The notes under the pieces are model-generated. The model was given only the letters and a program-made list of their open reading frames with translations. It made no database searches and was not told where the DNA came from. The translations under genes were made by a program, and so were the position numbers. DNA of 63,862 nt, filler included, from an uncultured bacterium (GTDB taxonomy: Bacteria; CAYJRR01), in assembly GCA_964372275.1 (NCBI GenBank). It is 8 parts of 8 records of this genome, joined end to end, with 100 filler letters (N's around TTAATTAATTAA, not from the genome) between each part and the next. Parts side by side here need not be neighbours in the genome. Positions count along the whole stretch, not along the records: positions 51,128 to 59,197 come from CAYJRR010000169.1; positions 59,298 to 63,862 come from CAYJRR010000204.1; 6 more parts are not named here. One strand, given 5' to 3'. Below are positions 51,961 through 61,377 of this stretch, piece after piece. Each line of letters begins with the position of its first letter. The stretch's first letter is position 1.

Positions 51961-52770
51961 CTAGAACCGGAGCGTCAACGACATCCCCGCCGAGCCGGGA
52001 CCGACCGACGGCGTGATCACGGGCCTCGGGCGGGCTCCGCGCAGGTTGTGGAACAGGCCGTCGCCGGCCCCGTAGAGGACGGTCGCCCAGAACAGCACCC
52101 CGGAGACGTTGTTCACGCGCTTGGCGAGGTTGGCGCCGTCGACCTCCTCCTCGGTGAAACCGTCGCGCTTGATCGACTCGAAGACGCCGAGGCTGGTGAG
52201 GTTCGCGATCAGGAGGGTCGACTCGATCGCGATCAACGAGTAGGCCTTGGCCGGCTGGCGGTTGTGGAACTGCGCCAGCCCGAACGGGGCCACCACCCGG
52301 AAGAACTCGCCGCGGATCTCCGGCTCGTCGTTCGGCTTGAGCGGAATGCCCATCGGATCGCGCGGCGTCTCCGGACTCCGTTTGGCCGGCCGGGCGATCT
52401 TCTTCAGATAGGTCGACTTCTCCGCCCGGATCCGGTCGAACGCCGCCAACACCGGAGGCGGCGTGAAGAGCGCCTCCGGCCGGAACTCGGGATCCATCTT
52501 CAGCACCTCGTAAAACTCGCGGTCGGCGTCGACCGGGCGGTCGAGGAGGAAGAGACTGATCCCGCGATAGAGGTGGGCGCGCTTGATCTTCTCCGGGTCG
52601 TCGACCTCGGGGGGGTAGAGCACCGCTCGAAACCCCTCCTCGGCCAGCGCGTAGTCGCCGTGCTCGTAGGCGTCGACCGCGGACCGGTAGCGCGCCTCGG
52701 CGGGCGAAGGATCCTGGGCGAAGGCGCTTCCGGCGGCGAGGACGAGCGCGATGGCGATCGGGACGCGCAA
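51961..52770 (-). CDS. Secreted TPR protein
   Basis: Signal peptide AFA/Q; AHLYRGISLF; FTPPPV; PFGLAQFHN. Confidence 0.75.
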   Translation of the reverse strand: MRVPIAIALVLAAGSAFAQDPSPAEARYRSAVDAYEHGDYALAEEGFRAVLYPPEVDDPEKIKRAHLYRGISLFLLDRPVDADREFYEVLKMDPEFRPEALFTPPPVLAAFDRIRAEKSTYLKKIARPAKRSPETPRDPMGIPLKPNDEPEIRGEFFRVVAPFGLAQFHNRQPAKAYSLIAIESTLLIANLTSLGVFESIKRDGFTEEEVDGANLAKRVNNVSGVLFWATVLYGAGDGLFHNLRGARPRPVITPSVGPGSAGMSLTLRF

Positions 52771-52800
52771 CGGTGCGCGCGATCGTACAGGAGGGGGCGG

Positions 52801-54249
52801 TCAGAAGGGAACGGTCAGCGACCAGCTTCCCGAACCGCCGGTGACCCACTCCGCCGAGCCGACCGGAAGGTGGGTCACGGGGTCGAGCGCCTGCACCAGG
52901 ACGTTGGCCATCGGCTCTCCGTCCGGATCGACGACCTTGCCGCCGACCTCGAGCCCGGGCTCCAGCCCGAAGTCGAGCGACTGCTGCGCGTTGGAGACGA
53001 CGATCGACGTGGTGAACCGCACCAGACCCGACTCCGGCGCCGGCAGCACCTCGGCCGTGAACGCCCCGAGGTTCGCGGATAGCTCGTAGCGGCCGTTGCG
53101 ATCGCTGCGTGTCGCGAACTGGTAGGGCGTGCCGTCCGACGACACCAGCCGCACCTGCGCGTCGGAGCTGCCCGGCCCGCCCGTCGCCTGCGCCGTTCCT
53201 TCGATCGTCGCCTTCGGCAGGAGCGTGGTGCTCCCTTCCGGCAACGAGAGGTCGGAGGCGACCTCCATGGCGGGAAGGACCCGGTGGGAGTAGGGGAAGC
53301 TGACCGACGGCTCGATGGTGACGGTGTAGGTCCCCTGCAGCACCGGCAGCGTGAAGTAGCCGGAGGCGCTGGTGGTCGTCGAACGGTCGAAGGTGATCGT
53401 GACGTCGGGGTCCTCCGACGGAAGCTGCGCGCGGGCTCGGACGACGATTCCGGAAAAGGTCGCCGTCAGCGCCCCCGCCCCTTCGACGATGCCGCTGACG
53501 TCGAACTCGTCGAAGAGGGGGAACTGGAACGGGATCGAGGTCTCGGCGTCGGTCACGGTGAAGCGCTTCTGCGCCGACGGCGCGCCGCTCGCCCCTTCCG
53601 ACGGGGCGATCTGCAGCAGCCATTCGCCCGGATCGGGGACGACGATCGAGTAGTTCCCCTGGAAGTCGGTCAGGTCGTAGGTCGACCGGTCGATGGCGCC
53701 GTCGCGTCGGGCCGAGACCCGGAAGGCGGGAAGGGGCTGTCCGTCCGGTCCGCGCACCACGCCGCTGACCCGGTATCCGGAAGGCATGGCGAACATCCGG
53801 TCGGTCTCGTCGTCGCCGCGGTCGATCTCCACGTCGAGGAACTGGCGCGGCGGAAGATCGGGATCGAGGTCCCGGTCGGGGGTCACCTCGATGTCGTACA
53901 TCCCCGGACCCAGGGCGGCCTCGAAGATCCCGGTGTTGCCCGTGGTGAAGACGCGGTCGAGGGTCGTCCCTTGCATCGTGACGCGGACGCTGGCGTTGTC
54001 GACCGGATTGCCGTCGGCGTCCTCCACGTGACCCCGGACGATCACGCCGCTCGACAACTCGATGTCGAGGGGGTCGCCGTTCCCGAAGTCGACCCCGAGC
54101 AGCACCTGCATCGGCAGTCCGGAGTTGGTGGGGGGGGCGACGAGCAGGTCGACGGCCCCGACCTCGTTCTCCCCGCTGCTCGGATCGATCGCGGAGGCGT
54201 CGCACCCGGCGAGCGCGAGGAGCGAAAGCGTCGGGAGAAGCCGCTTCAT
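52801..54249 (-). CDS. Lipoprotein with repeated carboxypeptidase-regulatory-like (transthyretin-fold) domains
   Basis: Lipobox LAGC; repeats of G.V.D..G.P...A.V, TD..G.Y, G.Y.I. Confidence 0.8.
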   Translation of the reverse strand: MKRLLPTLSLLALAGCDASAIDPSSGENEVGAVDLLVAPPTNSGLPMQVLLGVDFGNGDPLDIELSSGVIVRGHVEDADGNPVDNASVRVTMQGTTLDRVFTTGNTGIFEAALGPGMYDIEVTPDRDLDPDLPPRQFLDVEIDRGDDETDRMFAMPSGYRVSGVVRGPDGQPLPAFRVSARRDGAIDRSTYDLTDFQGNYSIVVPDPGEWLLQIAPSEGASGAPSAQKRFTVTDAETSIPFQFPLFDEFDVSGIVEGAGALTATFSGIVVRARAQLPSEDPDVTITFDRSTTTSASGYFTLPVLQGTYTVTIEPSVSFPYSHRVLPAMEVASDLSLPEGSTTLLPKATIEGTAQATGGPGSSDAQVRLVSSDGTPYQFATRSDRNGRYELSANLGAFTAEVLPAPESGLVRFTTSIVVSNAQQSLDFGLEPGLEVGGKVVDPDGEPMANVLVQALDPVTHLPVGSAEWVTGGSGSWSLTVPF

Positions 54250-54641
54250 TGGACGACGATCTCCCATTGCAACGAGCTCGATCCCGCCGGTTGTCCGTCG
54301 TCGACGACCAGCACCAGCAGTTCGTGCTCCCCGATCGCGAGGCTCGTCCCGGAGGTGGTGTAGTCGTCGGCGGCCGGGGTCTCCTCGATCACCGGGTTGC
54401 CGTCGAGGAACCAGGTGTAGAGGAGCTTGGCTCGCGCCGTCTCCTTGTCGTTCGCCTTCGCGGTGAAGGTCACGGGCGTCGACGAGCTCTGGTCGATCGT
54501 GTAGGGGCTTCCGTTGTCCGGATTGACGAAGAAGAACTCCGGGGGCTCGTTCTCGTCGTCCCGGTCGGGTGAGACCGGCTCGAGGATCAGGCAGCTGGTG
54601 GAGAAAAGGCCCATCAACGACACGCATCCGGCGCGAAGCAC
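54246..54641 (-). CDS. Small lipoprotein with an Ig/PKD-like domain
   Basis: STSC lipobox-like, NEPP, A.D.E...L.YTWFLDG, GEHELLVLV.D; ATGA-coupled to next gene. Confidence 0.65.
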   Translation of the reverse strand: MLRAGCVSLMGLFSTSCLILEPVSPDRDDENEPPEFFFVNPDNGSPYTIDQSSSTPVTFTAKANDKETARAKLLYTWFLDGNPVIEETPAADDYTTSGTSLAIGEHELLVLVVDDGQPAGSSSLQWEIVVQ

Positions 54642-54655
54642 CTGTCGAAGGGGAA

Positions 54656-54671
54656 AGCAGGCGCCGTGCCA
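54656..54671 (-). promoter_or_regulatory. Putative sigma54 promoter
   Basis: TGGCAC-GGCGC-CTGCT. Confidence 0.55.
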
Positions 54672-54787
54672 TCCACGAATGGTGGAAGTCCATGATCGAG
54701 AAGGACGTTTTGGCTCTGGCGACGACGTGAACGGCACCTCCACGACACCGATGTCAGGGGCGAAACGGTCCGGAAGTTCCCGTCGGA

Positions 54788-55438
54788 TCACTGGAATCGT
54801 TGGCCGGAAGGGACCGATTCGGCCCGCAGGAGGAGGTCGGCGAGCTGGGAGGTGACCGTTTCGAGGCGCCGGGAGACGTCCGGCTCTTCGAGGATCCGCT
54901 GCCGGTCGGCGGCCTCGACCAGGAACATCCCCGCCACCGTGTCGACCAGCACCGACGGGTCGACGACGGCGCCCACCCGGCGCAGCACCTCGGCGGAGAT
55001 CGACGGATCGGGGGTCTTCTCGCACACGCGGGCGACGCAGGCGCGCAGCGTCACGCAGGCCGCCGAGAGCGCGTCGGCCCCGGCCGGAGGCCATCGATCG
55101 GCGACCGGTTCGGCGCGAACCAGGCGGTACGGCTCGCGGGAGAGCTCCTCGACGATCCGCGCGCGCGTCAGGCCCCGGAGCACGAGGTGGTAGCGGCCGT
55201 CGGGGAGGCGCTGGTGCCGCTCGATCGATCCGACCCCCACGATTTCGTGTACGGCCGCGTGGCCGGCGAGGTCCTCCCCCGCCCGGGCGAGTCCGATGGC
55301 GATCGGAAGATCGCCGGCCAGGCTGTCGGCCGTCATCGCCCGGTAGCGCGGTTCGAAGATGTGCAGGGGCATGCGCGCGTGCGGGAAGAGCACCGCCTCG
55401 GGAAGGGGGAACAGCGCGACCTTCACCCACTCGTTCAA
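54788..55438 (-). CDS. Stand-alone Lon N-terminal substrate-binding domain protein
   Basis: LFPLPEAVLFP...PLHIFEPRYRAM, LPDGRY. Confidence 0.88.
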   Translation of the reverse strand: MNEWVKVALFPLPEAVLFPHARMPLHIFEPRYRAMTADSLAGDLPIAIGLARAGEDLAGHAAVHEIVGVGSIERHQRLPDGRYHLVLRGLTRARIVEELSREPYRLVRAEPVADRWPPAGADALSAACVTLRACVARVCEKTPDPSISAEVLRRVGAVVDPSVLVDTVAGMFLVEAADRQRILEEPDVSRRLETVTSQLADLLLRAESVPSGQRFQ

Positions 55439-56634
55439 CGGCCTACCGCACAGAAGTTCTCGTAGTCGATGAAGCCCTGGAACGGCCGCTTTCCGCTGCA
55501 GACCGCGCAGTCGGGGTCGCGGCGGAGCTTGAACTCGCGGAAGGTCGTCTCCAGCGCGTCGAGCGCGACCATCCGTCCGACGAGCGTGCGCCCCTTGCCC
55601 AGGATCAGCTTGATCGTCTCGGTCGCCTCGAGGAGTCCGACGATCCCCGGCAGCACCCCCAGGACGCCGGCTTCGTCGCACGACGGCGCCAACTCCGGCG
55701 GGGGGGGCTCGGGGTAGAGGCAGCGGTAGCACGGTCCGCCGAGCGTCGGCGCGAAGACGGTGACCTGGCCGTCGAATCGGAAGATCGAACCGTGGACGTT
55801 CGGGATCTTCGACACCACGCAGGCGTCGTTCACGAGGTAGCGCGTGGCGAAGTTGTCCGACCCGTCGACGACGACGTCGAAGCGCCGTTCCCCGGCCCCC
55901 TCCGCGACGTCGGCGCCGAAGACGCGGAGGACGTTTTCACTCGTGAGACGCTCGTGGAACTTCCGCACCTTCACGTGGGGGTTGAGGGCGTGGATCGCCG
56001 CCTCGGCGCTGTCGACCTTCGGGGTGCCGACGCGCATCGTCGAGTGCAGGATCTGGCGCTGCAGGTTCGACTCGTCGACCCGGTCGGAGTCGATGATCCC
56101 GATCGTTCCGACGCCGGCCGCCGCCAGGTAGAGCGCGATCGGCGAGCCCAGCCCGCCGGCTCCGATCAGCAGGACCTTCGACTCGAGGAGCCGCTTCTGC
56201 CCCTCTTCGCCGACCTCCGGGATGCGCAGGTGGCGGTCGTAGCGGCGGCGTTGCGCGCCGTCGAGCGCGTTCGGTACGACGAACGGGAATCCGCGCTCCT
56301 TCCACCGGCCAAAACCCCCGGCCATCGACGAGACGTCGGCGTACCCCAGCTCGAGGAGGGAGCGCGCGGCGAGCGCCGAGCGCGTCCCGCCGGCGCAGTA
56401 GACGACGATCGGCGTGGAGCGATCGGGGACCTTCTCTTCCACCCGCTGCTCCAGGAAACCGCGGGGAAGAAAGAGGGCGCCCGGCAGGTGCCCCAGGTCG
56501 TACTCCTCTCGCTCCCGCACGTCGACCACCGTCGCGCCGGCGCCGCCATCCAGGCGGCGGCGCACCTCCTCCGGCGTCACTTCGGAAATCCGGTCCTTCG
56601 TCTCGCGCAGGAGCTCGCGAAAGCTCTTCGACAT
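55435..56634 (-). CDS. moeB: Rhodanese-ThiF fusion, molybdopterin synthase adenylyltransferase (MoeB/MoeZ)
   Basis: DVRE, YCAGGTRS, GAGGLGSP, SNLQRQILH, DGSDNFATRY, PCYRC, CAVC. Confidence 0.93.
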   Translation of the reverse strand: MSKSFRELLRETKDRISEVTPEEVRRRLDGGAGATVVDVREREEYDLGHLPGALFLPRGFLEQRVEEKVPDRSTPIVVYCAGGTRSALAARSLLELGYADVSSMAGGFGRWKERGFPFVVPNALDGAQRRRYDRHLRIPEVGEEGQKRLLESKVLLIGAGGLGSPIALYLAAAGVGTIGIIDSDRVDESNLQRQILHSTMRVGTPKVDSAEAAIHALNPHVKVRKFHERLTSENVLRVFGADVAEGAGERRFDVVVDGSDNFATRYLVNDACVVSKIPNVHGSIFRFDGQVTVFAPTLGGPCYRCLYPEPPPPELAPSCDEAGVLGVLPGIVGLLEATETIKLILGKGRTLVGRMVALDALETTFREFKLRRDPDCAVCSGKRPFQGFIDYENFCAVGR

Positions 56635-56664
56635 GCAGGAAAGCTACTACATCGCCGCGGTCTC

Positions 56665-56982
56665 CTACAGGTCTCGCAGGTCGGGATCGGGATAGCGCCA
56701 GCCGTAGCGGCCGCGCTCGTGGTCGAAGTCGACGAGCCACAGTCCGCGCGCGTGCGCGCCGAGGCGCTGGATCTTCGCGGCCCAGGCGAGGATCACGTCG
56801 TTCAGCTCCCCCTCCAGCGCCCGGCCCGCGTCGGGCTCGATCGGCAGCGCTTCGTAGCGGACGGCGAGCGCCTCGGCCCGGGCGACCGCCTCGGCCGTGA
56901 TGCGGCGGACGACGGGGAGCAGTTCGAGCGCCTCGGCGTAGTCGAAGACCCGTTTCTGGTGGATCGGGGTGATGTCGACCAT
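56665..56982 (-). CDS. DUF2203-like protein, apparently short at the C-terminus
   Basis: F...EALELLPVV...LG....GLWLVDF....Y.WRYP. Confidence 0.6.
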   Translation of the reverse strand: MVDITPIHQKRVFDYAEALELLPVVRRITAEAVARAEALAVRYEALPIEPDAGRALEGELNDVILAWAAKIQRLGAHARGLWLVDFDHERGRYGWRYPDPDLRDL

Positions 56983-57033
56983 GTCCGTCAAGGGCTCCGC
57001 GACCGCTCTTTGCTAACGTTCCCCGGAACGGCA

Positions 57034-58257
57034 ATGCGACTGTGGAGACCGGGACGGGACGAGCGCGGCGATGCCGCGCTCTGCGCCGCGATCCGCGGGC
57101 GGATCACCGCGGCGGGTGGCGTCGTGCCGTTCGCGACCTTCATGGCGCAGGCGCTGCAGCACCCGGAGAGCGGCTACTACCGCGCCGCCCGGCGCCGGGT
57201 CGGCCGCGACGGGGACTTCCTCACCAGCCCCGCCATCCACCCGTCCTTCGCCGCGACGATGGCGCGGCAGCTTGCCGCCTGCGCCGATGTACTCGGGTCT
57301 GGCGCCGGGCGTACCTGGATCGAGGCCGGCGCCGGGGAGGGGACGATGGCGGCGTCGGTCGCGGCGATCCTCGGCCGCGGGGAGATGGTCGTCGCGCTCG
57401 ACGCGGGGCCTCGGCATGGCGAAGGGTTCGGCGACGCGGCGGTGACGCCGCTCCGGGTCCGGAGCGACCGTCTGCCGTTCGCCACGGAGTCGGTCGTGGG
57501 AGGGATCTACGCCAACGAGCTGCTCGACGCCTTCCCGGTGCACGTGCTGCGTCGCGACGGAACGCGCTGGCGCGAAGACGGCGTCGGCGTGGCCGACGAC
57601 GGCTCGTTCGTCTGGCGATCGTGCGAGCCGGACTCGGCCACGGCCGCGGCCGCCGACCGGGCGCTCCGCCGGGGGGCGACGCTCGCCGACGGCGGGACGA
57701 TCGAACTCTGCGGCGATCTCGACGCCTGGATCGCCGACGCGGCGCGCGTGCTCCGGCGCGGATTTCTGCTGCTCGTCGACTACGGAGACGACACGCCTCG
57801 GCTGTGGAACGGCGTGCGTGCATCGACGCTTCGCGCCTTCGCCGGCCACGCCGCGCACGGCGATCCGCTCACGCACGTCGGCGAACAGGACCTCACGACG
57901 CACGTCGACTTCGGGGCGGTGGTCGACGCCGCGCGGCGTGCGGGGCTGGAGGCGGTCGCGTTCCTCGACCAGCGCCGATGGCTCGACGGCTGGGGGGTCG
58001 GAGAGGCGCGGGACGGATGGGAGGCGCGCGTGGCGCGAGGCGCGATGCGCGCGGACGAAGCGGAGGTGAACGTCCGGGCGGTCGACCTCCTGCGCGATCC
58101 GCGGGGGCTCGGCGCGATCCGCGTGCTGGCGCTGGCCAAGGGGCTCTCGCCGGTTCCGATCCCCGGCCTGACCGGTCCGGCGCCGGCGGCGATGCGCTTC
58201 ACCGCGAGCGACCTGCCGCGCATCGAGCTTCCGGATCCGTTCGCTCCGCTCTACTAG
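57034..58257 (+). CDS. SAM-dependent methyltransferase, MidA/NDUFAF7 family
   Basis: FATFM..AL.HP..GYY, GDFLTSP, EAGAGEG, NELLDAFP, DYG, QDLTTHVDF. Confidence 0.9.
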   Translation: MRLWRPGRDERGDAALCAAIRGRITAAGGVVPFATFMAQALQHPESGYYRAARRRVGRDGDFLTSPAIHPSFAATMARQLAACADVLGSGAGRTWIEAGAGEGTMAASVAAILGRGEMVVALDAGPRHGEGFGDAAVTPLRVRSDRLPFATESVVGGIYANELLDAFPVHVLRRDGTRWREDGVGVADDGSFVWRSCEPDSATAAAADRALRRGATLADGGTIELCGDLDAWIADAARVLRRGFLLLVDYGDDTPRLWNGVRASTLRAFAGHAAHGDPLTHVGEQDLTTHVDFGAVVDAARRAGLEAVAFLDQRRWLDGWGVGEARDGWEARVARGAMRADEAEVNVRAVDLLRDPRGLGAIRVLALAKGLSPVPIPGLTGPAPAAMRFTASDLPRIELPDPFAPLY

Positions 58258-58634
58258 AGATGAGCGACCTGCCAGGCGACGACGGCCAGGTAGACGCCGG
58301 CCGCGACGCGGAGGCCGGACCGTGCCAGGCGCACGGTAGAGACGGCGCGGAGGATCGCGGATCCGGCGGCGACGAGCGACGTCTTGCCGAGGACGAAGGC
58401 GACGGGGTGCAGCGCCAAGAGAGGGGCGAGGAGCGGATTGGCCTCGGTCGCCGCGCCGCGGGTGACGAAGACGAGCGTCAGGCCGGCATCGACCGCGTTG
58501 CCGAGATTCAAGATCCACGTCGCAGGCCCGATGCCGGCGGCGGGCCCGATGCCGGCGGCAGGCCCGACGCCGGCGGAGGAGCGGTCGCGACCGGGCCGGT
58601 TCAGAGCCAGCCCCGCAGCCCGTGGAGGGTCCAC
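58254..58634 (-). CDS. DUF5658-like small membrane protein (start uncertain)
   Basis: NAVDAGLT...G.ATEANPLL...F...K. Confidence 0.6.
   Translation of the reverse strand: MDPPRAAGLALNRPGRDRSSAGVGPAAGIGPAAGIGPATWILNLGNAVDAGLTLVFVTRGAATEANPLLAPLLALHPVAFVLGKTSLVAAGSAILRAVSTVRLARSGLRVAAGVYLAVVAWQVAHL
58522..58575. repeat. 3 x 18-bp tandem repeat encoding (A/S)AG(V/I)GP units
   Basis: gcaggcccgatgccggcg / gcgggcccgatgccggcg / gcaggcccgacgccggcg. Confidence 0.85.
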
Positions 58635-59197
58635 TCGGCGAGTCGGACGTGCGCCGCCGTCCGGTCGACCCGCGTCGGGACGAGCTCGCTCGAGCGGGCG
58701 AGGTCGGACTCGAACGTCTCCTCCATCTCGCGCGCGAACGTGGTGTCGCGAACGGCGACGTTGAGCTCCAGGTTGTGAAACGACATTCCGTCGAGATTGA
58801 ACGAACCGACGGTGGCAAGGCGTCCGTCGACCACCGCCGTCTTGGCGTGGAGCACGGAGCGGGTCCACTGGAACAGGCGGACGCCGTGGAAGAGGAGATG
58901 GCGGAGGATCGGACGCGACGCCAGGTCGACGGCCGGGACGTCCGACCGGGCCGGCACCAACACCCGGACGTCGACCCCTCGCGCGGCCGCCTCGAGGAGG
59001 GCCCCGACCAGGCGGGCGTCGGGGAGGAAGTACGGGTTGGAGAGCCAGGCTTTCGTCCGGGCATTGCGAAGCAGCTGCAGGTAGAGCCGCCGGATCGGGC
59101 TCTTCCCTCCCTGCGGCGCGTTGTCGACGACCCGGACCTCGGTCGTGCCGGCCTGCTCTCCGGGCCCAAGGTAGGCCGCCGCGTCGAGTAGCCGCGC
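58601..59197 (-). CDS. Cardiolipin synthase/phospholipase D family, C-terminal part
   Basis: NPYFLPD, HKD motif LHAKTAVVDG...VGSFNLD..S...NLE. Confidence 0.88.
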   Translation of the reverse strand, partial: ARLLDAAAYLGPGEQAGTTEVRVVDNAPQGGKSPIRRLYLQLLRNARTKAWLSNPYFLPDARLVGALLEAAARGVDVRVLVPARSDVPAVDLASRPILRHLLFHGVRLFQWTRSVLHAKTAVVDGRLATVGSFNLDGMSFHNLELNVAVRDTTFAREMEETFESDLARSSELVPTRVDRTAAHVRLAEWTLHGLRGWL

Positions 59198-59297
59198 NNN
59201 NNNNNNNNNNNNNNNNNNNNNNNNNNNNNNNNNNNNNNNNNTTAATTAATTAANNNNNNNNNNNNNNNNNNNNNNNNNNNNNNNNNNNNNNNNNNNN

Positions 59298-59427
59298 CCT
59301 CCGCGTCGAACTCGTTCGGCGGCGTCGCCTCGTTCGGAGGGGTCGCCAGGAAGGCACAGCCGCCGAGCCACGCCGCCACGACCGCAACGGCGAGCCCTCG
59401 GCCGCGTTCCGCGACCGACCGCTTCAT
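59298..59427 (-). CDS. N-terminus of a lipoprotein paralogous to 59424-61307 (truncated)
   Basis: LGGC lipobox followed by ATPPNEATPPNEFD; ATGA-coupled. Confidence 0.7.
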
Positions 59428-61307
59428 GGAAGGGCCTCCACCGCGGTGTTCCCCGGACCGCCGATCACCAGCACGGTGCCGGCCGGGCCCGGAACCGAGC
59501 CATGGTGGCGGCGCTCCATCGCCATCCCCCCCGGAACGGCGAAGAAGTAACCGGTCTGCGGGTCGAAGATCTCGGCGCTGCTCCGCGTGCCCGACGGGGT
59601 CGCCGCGCCGGTGCCGCCGGAGATCAGTACCCGGCCGTCCCCGAGCCGCGTCGCTCGGTGGTAGACGCGCGGCTCGATCGTCGGATCGGCGAGAAGCTGG
59701 AACGTCCCGAGGCTCGGATCGAACAGCTCGGCCGATGTCGCCGTCTGCCCGGCCAGCGTGTAACCACCGACGACCAACACGCGGCCGTCGTCGAGGAGCG
59801 TCAGGGTGTGGTTGCGCCGTGGCACCGCCATCGAGCCGGTGGCCGCCCACGTTCCGCCCGTCGGTTCGTAGAGCATCGCCGTCGCCGACGGGCTGCTGGT
59901 GGCGAAGGAGTAGCCGCCGACGACGAGCACCCGCCCGTCGTCGAGCCGGATCGCGGCGTGGTCGACCCCCGGCGTCGACGGAGGATCGACGGTGTCGACC
60001 AAGGTGTCGTTCGACGCCAGGAACAGCTCGGTGTCGTTCCCGTAGGAGTTGGCGCGGACCACGAGCACGTTTCCGTTCCCCAGGAGCGTGAGCGACGGAC
60101 TCAGACACTCCTGTCCGGTCGGGTAGCCGGCGGTCAGGTTGGCGAACGTTCCGCCCGCCGGGGTGTAGACCTCCGCGCATCCGTTGGAGGCGTAGGTCCC
60201 TCCCATCACCAGCACGCGGCCGTCGGCGAGGAGGACCCCCTTGCCGGTGTCGCCGGTGCGCGCGTTGACCATCGAACCGGTCGCCGTCGACAGCCCGGTG
60301 CCGGGATCGAACAGCTCCGCGCTGGGAGGGGCCGATCCGCCATCGAGCCAGCCGCCCGCCACGAGCGCCTTGCCGTTGGCGAGCGCCACCGCGATCGGCG
60401 CGTAGCGCGCGACCGCGAGGTCCCCGACCTCGCGGAAGACGGCGATCGGCTCGTCGTCACGGTTCGGCGTTCCGTCGCCGTCCGAGTCGAGGAGATCCTC
60501 GAACTCCGGAAGCGAGCAGTCGGCGCCGAGGTCGGCGTAGTAGGTCTCCAGGTTGTCCCGCACCGCCTGCACCGGAAGGGTCCGGCTCGCGCGGCTCATC
60601 GCATAGAGGATCGATTCGTCGTCGAGGATCCCGTCCTCGCCGAGGTCGCTCGCCGCCTCGCCCAACAGCTCCGCGAGGACCGCCGGGACCTGCTCGGGCA
60701 CGGCCGCCGAGGTCGACGCCGCCTGTTGCACGATCGCCGAGACGGCCAGGAGCGCCGCGTGCGCCTCCGACGCCTGACAGATGTCCATCCACTCGGAGGC
60801 GACGGGATCGCCGAGCACGATCCCCAGGACGGAGAGGATCTCGCCCTGCGCCTGGGCCTTGGCCTCGGGAATCGAGGCGCCGGCGCCGACCAGCTCGACG
60901 ACCCGCTGCTTCTCCAGCGTGGTCATCACGTTGACGTTCCCCAGCGACGAGTTCTCCAGGTCGACGATCCCGCGCAGCACCAGCGTCCCGGAGGCGAGAT
61001 CCCCCGCGATCTCGTCGAAGAAGTAGCCCTCGGCGATCATCTCGAGGAAACGGGAGTGGACCGTCAGCGGCGGGAAGGAGCCGTCGTCGGCCGTGATCTG
61101 CGTCTCGTAGATCCGGCCGTTGGGAACGAGCGCCTCGTCGAGCTCCTGCACCTTGAGGGAGCTCCCCTCGACGAACGGCCCCTTCTGCACGTTCCCTTCG
61201 AGGTCGAAGTCGTTGGGCGGAGTGGCATCGTTGGGCGGAGTGGCCCAAAGCGAGCACGCCGCGATCGACAGCAACGCGAGCCCCCCCGCCCACCGCCGCA
61301 TCGCCAC
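59424..61307 (-). CDS. Lipoprotein with C-terminal Kelch/galactose-oxidase-like propeller
   Basis: IAAC lipobox, GNVQKGPF domain, repeats of R..H..T.L.DGRVLV.GG...SAELFDP. Confidence 0.85.
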   Translation of the reverse strand: MAMRRWAGGLALLSIAACSLWATPPNDATPPNDFDLEGNVQKGPFVEGSSLKVQELDEALVPNGRIYETQITADDGSFPPLTVHSRFLEMIAEGYFFDEIAGDLASGTLVLRGIVDLENSSLGNVNVMTTLEKQRVVELVGAGASIPEAKAQAQGEILSVLGIVLGDPVASEWMDICQASEAHAALLAVSAIVQQAASTSAAVPEQVPAVLAELLGEAASDLGEDGILDDESILYAMSRASRTLPVQAVRDNLETYYADLGADCSLPEFEDLLDSDGDGTPNRDDEPIAVFREVGDLAVARYAPIAVALANGKALVAGGWLDGGSAPPSAELFDPGTGLSTATGSMVNARTGDTGKGVLLADGRVLVMGGTYASNGCAEVYTPAGGTFANLTAGYPTGQECLSPSLTLLGNGNVLVVRANSYGNDTELFLASNDTLVDTVDPPSTPGVDHAAIRLDDGRVLVVGGYSFATSSPSATAMLYEPTGGTWAATGSMAVPRRNHTLTLLDDGRVLVVGGYTLAGQTATSAELFDPSLGTFQLLADPTIEPRVYHRATRLGDGRVLISGGTGAATPSGTRSSAEIFDPQTGYFFAVPGGMAMERRHHGSVPGPAGTVLVIGGPGNTAVEALP

Positions 61308-61377
61308 CCCCGAGGGGCGATTTTACGCCGAATTCACATCGGCGAGGCGGACGTTCGCCGCAGAATTGGGCACGGAG

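Noticed and set aside
58522..58575. Short tandem repeats as a possible CRISPR array
   Set aside because: Contiguous in-frame 18-bp coding repeats without spacers; no cas genes
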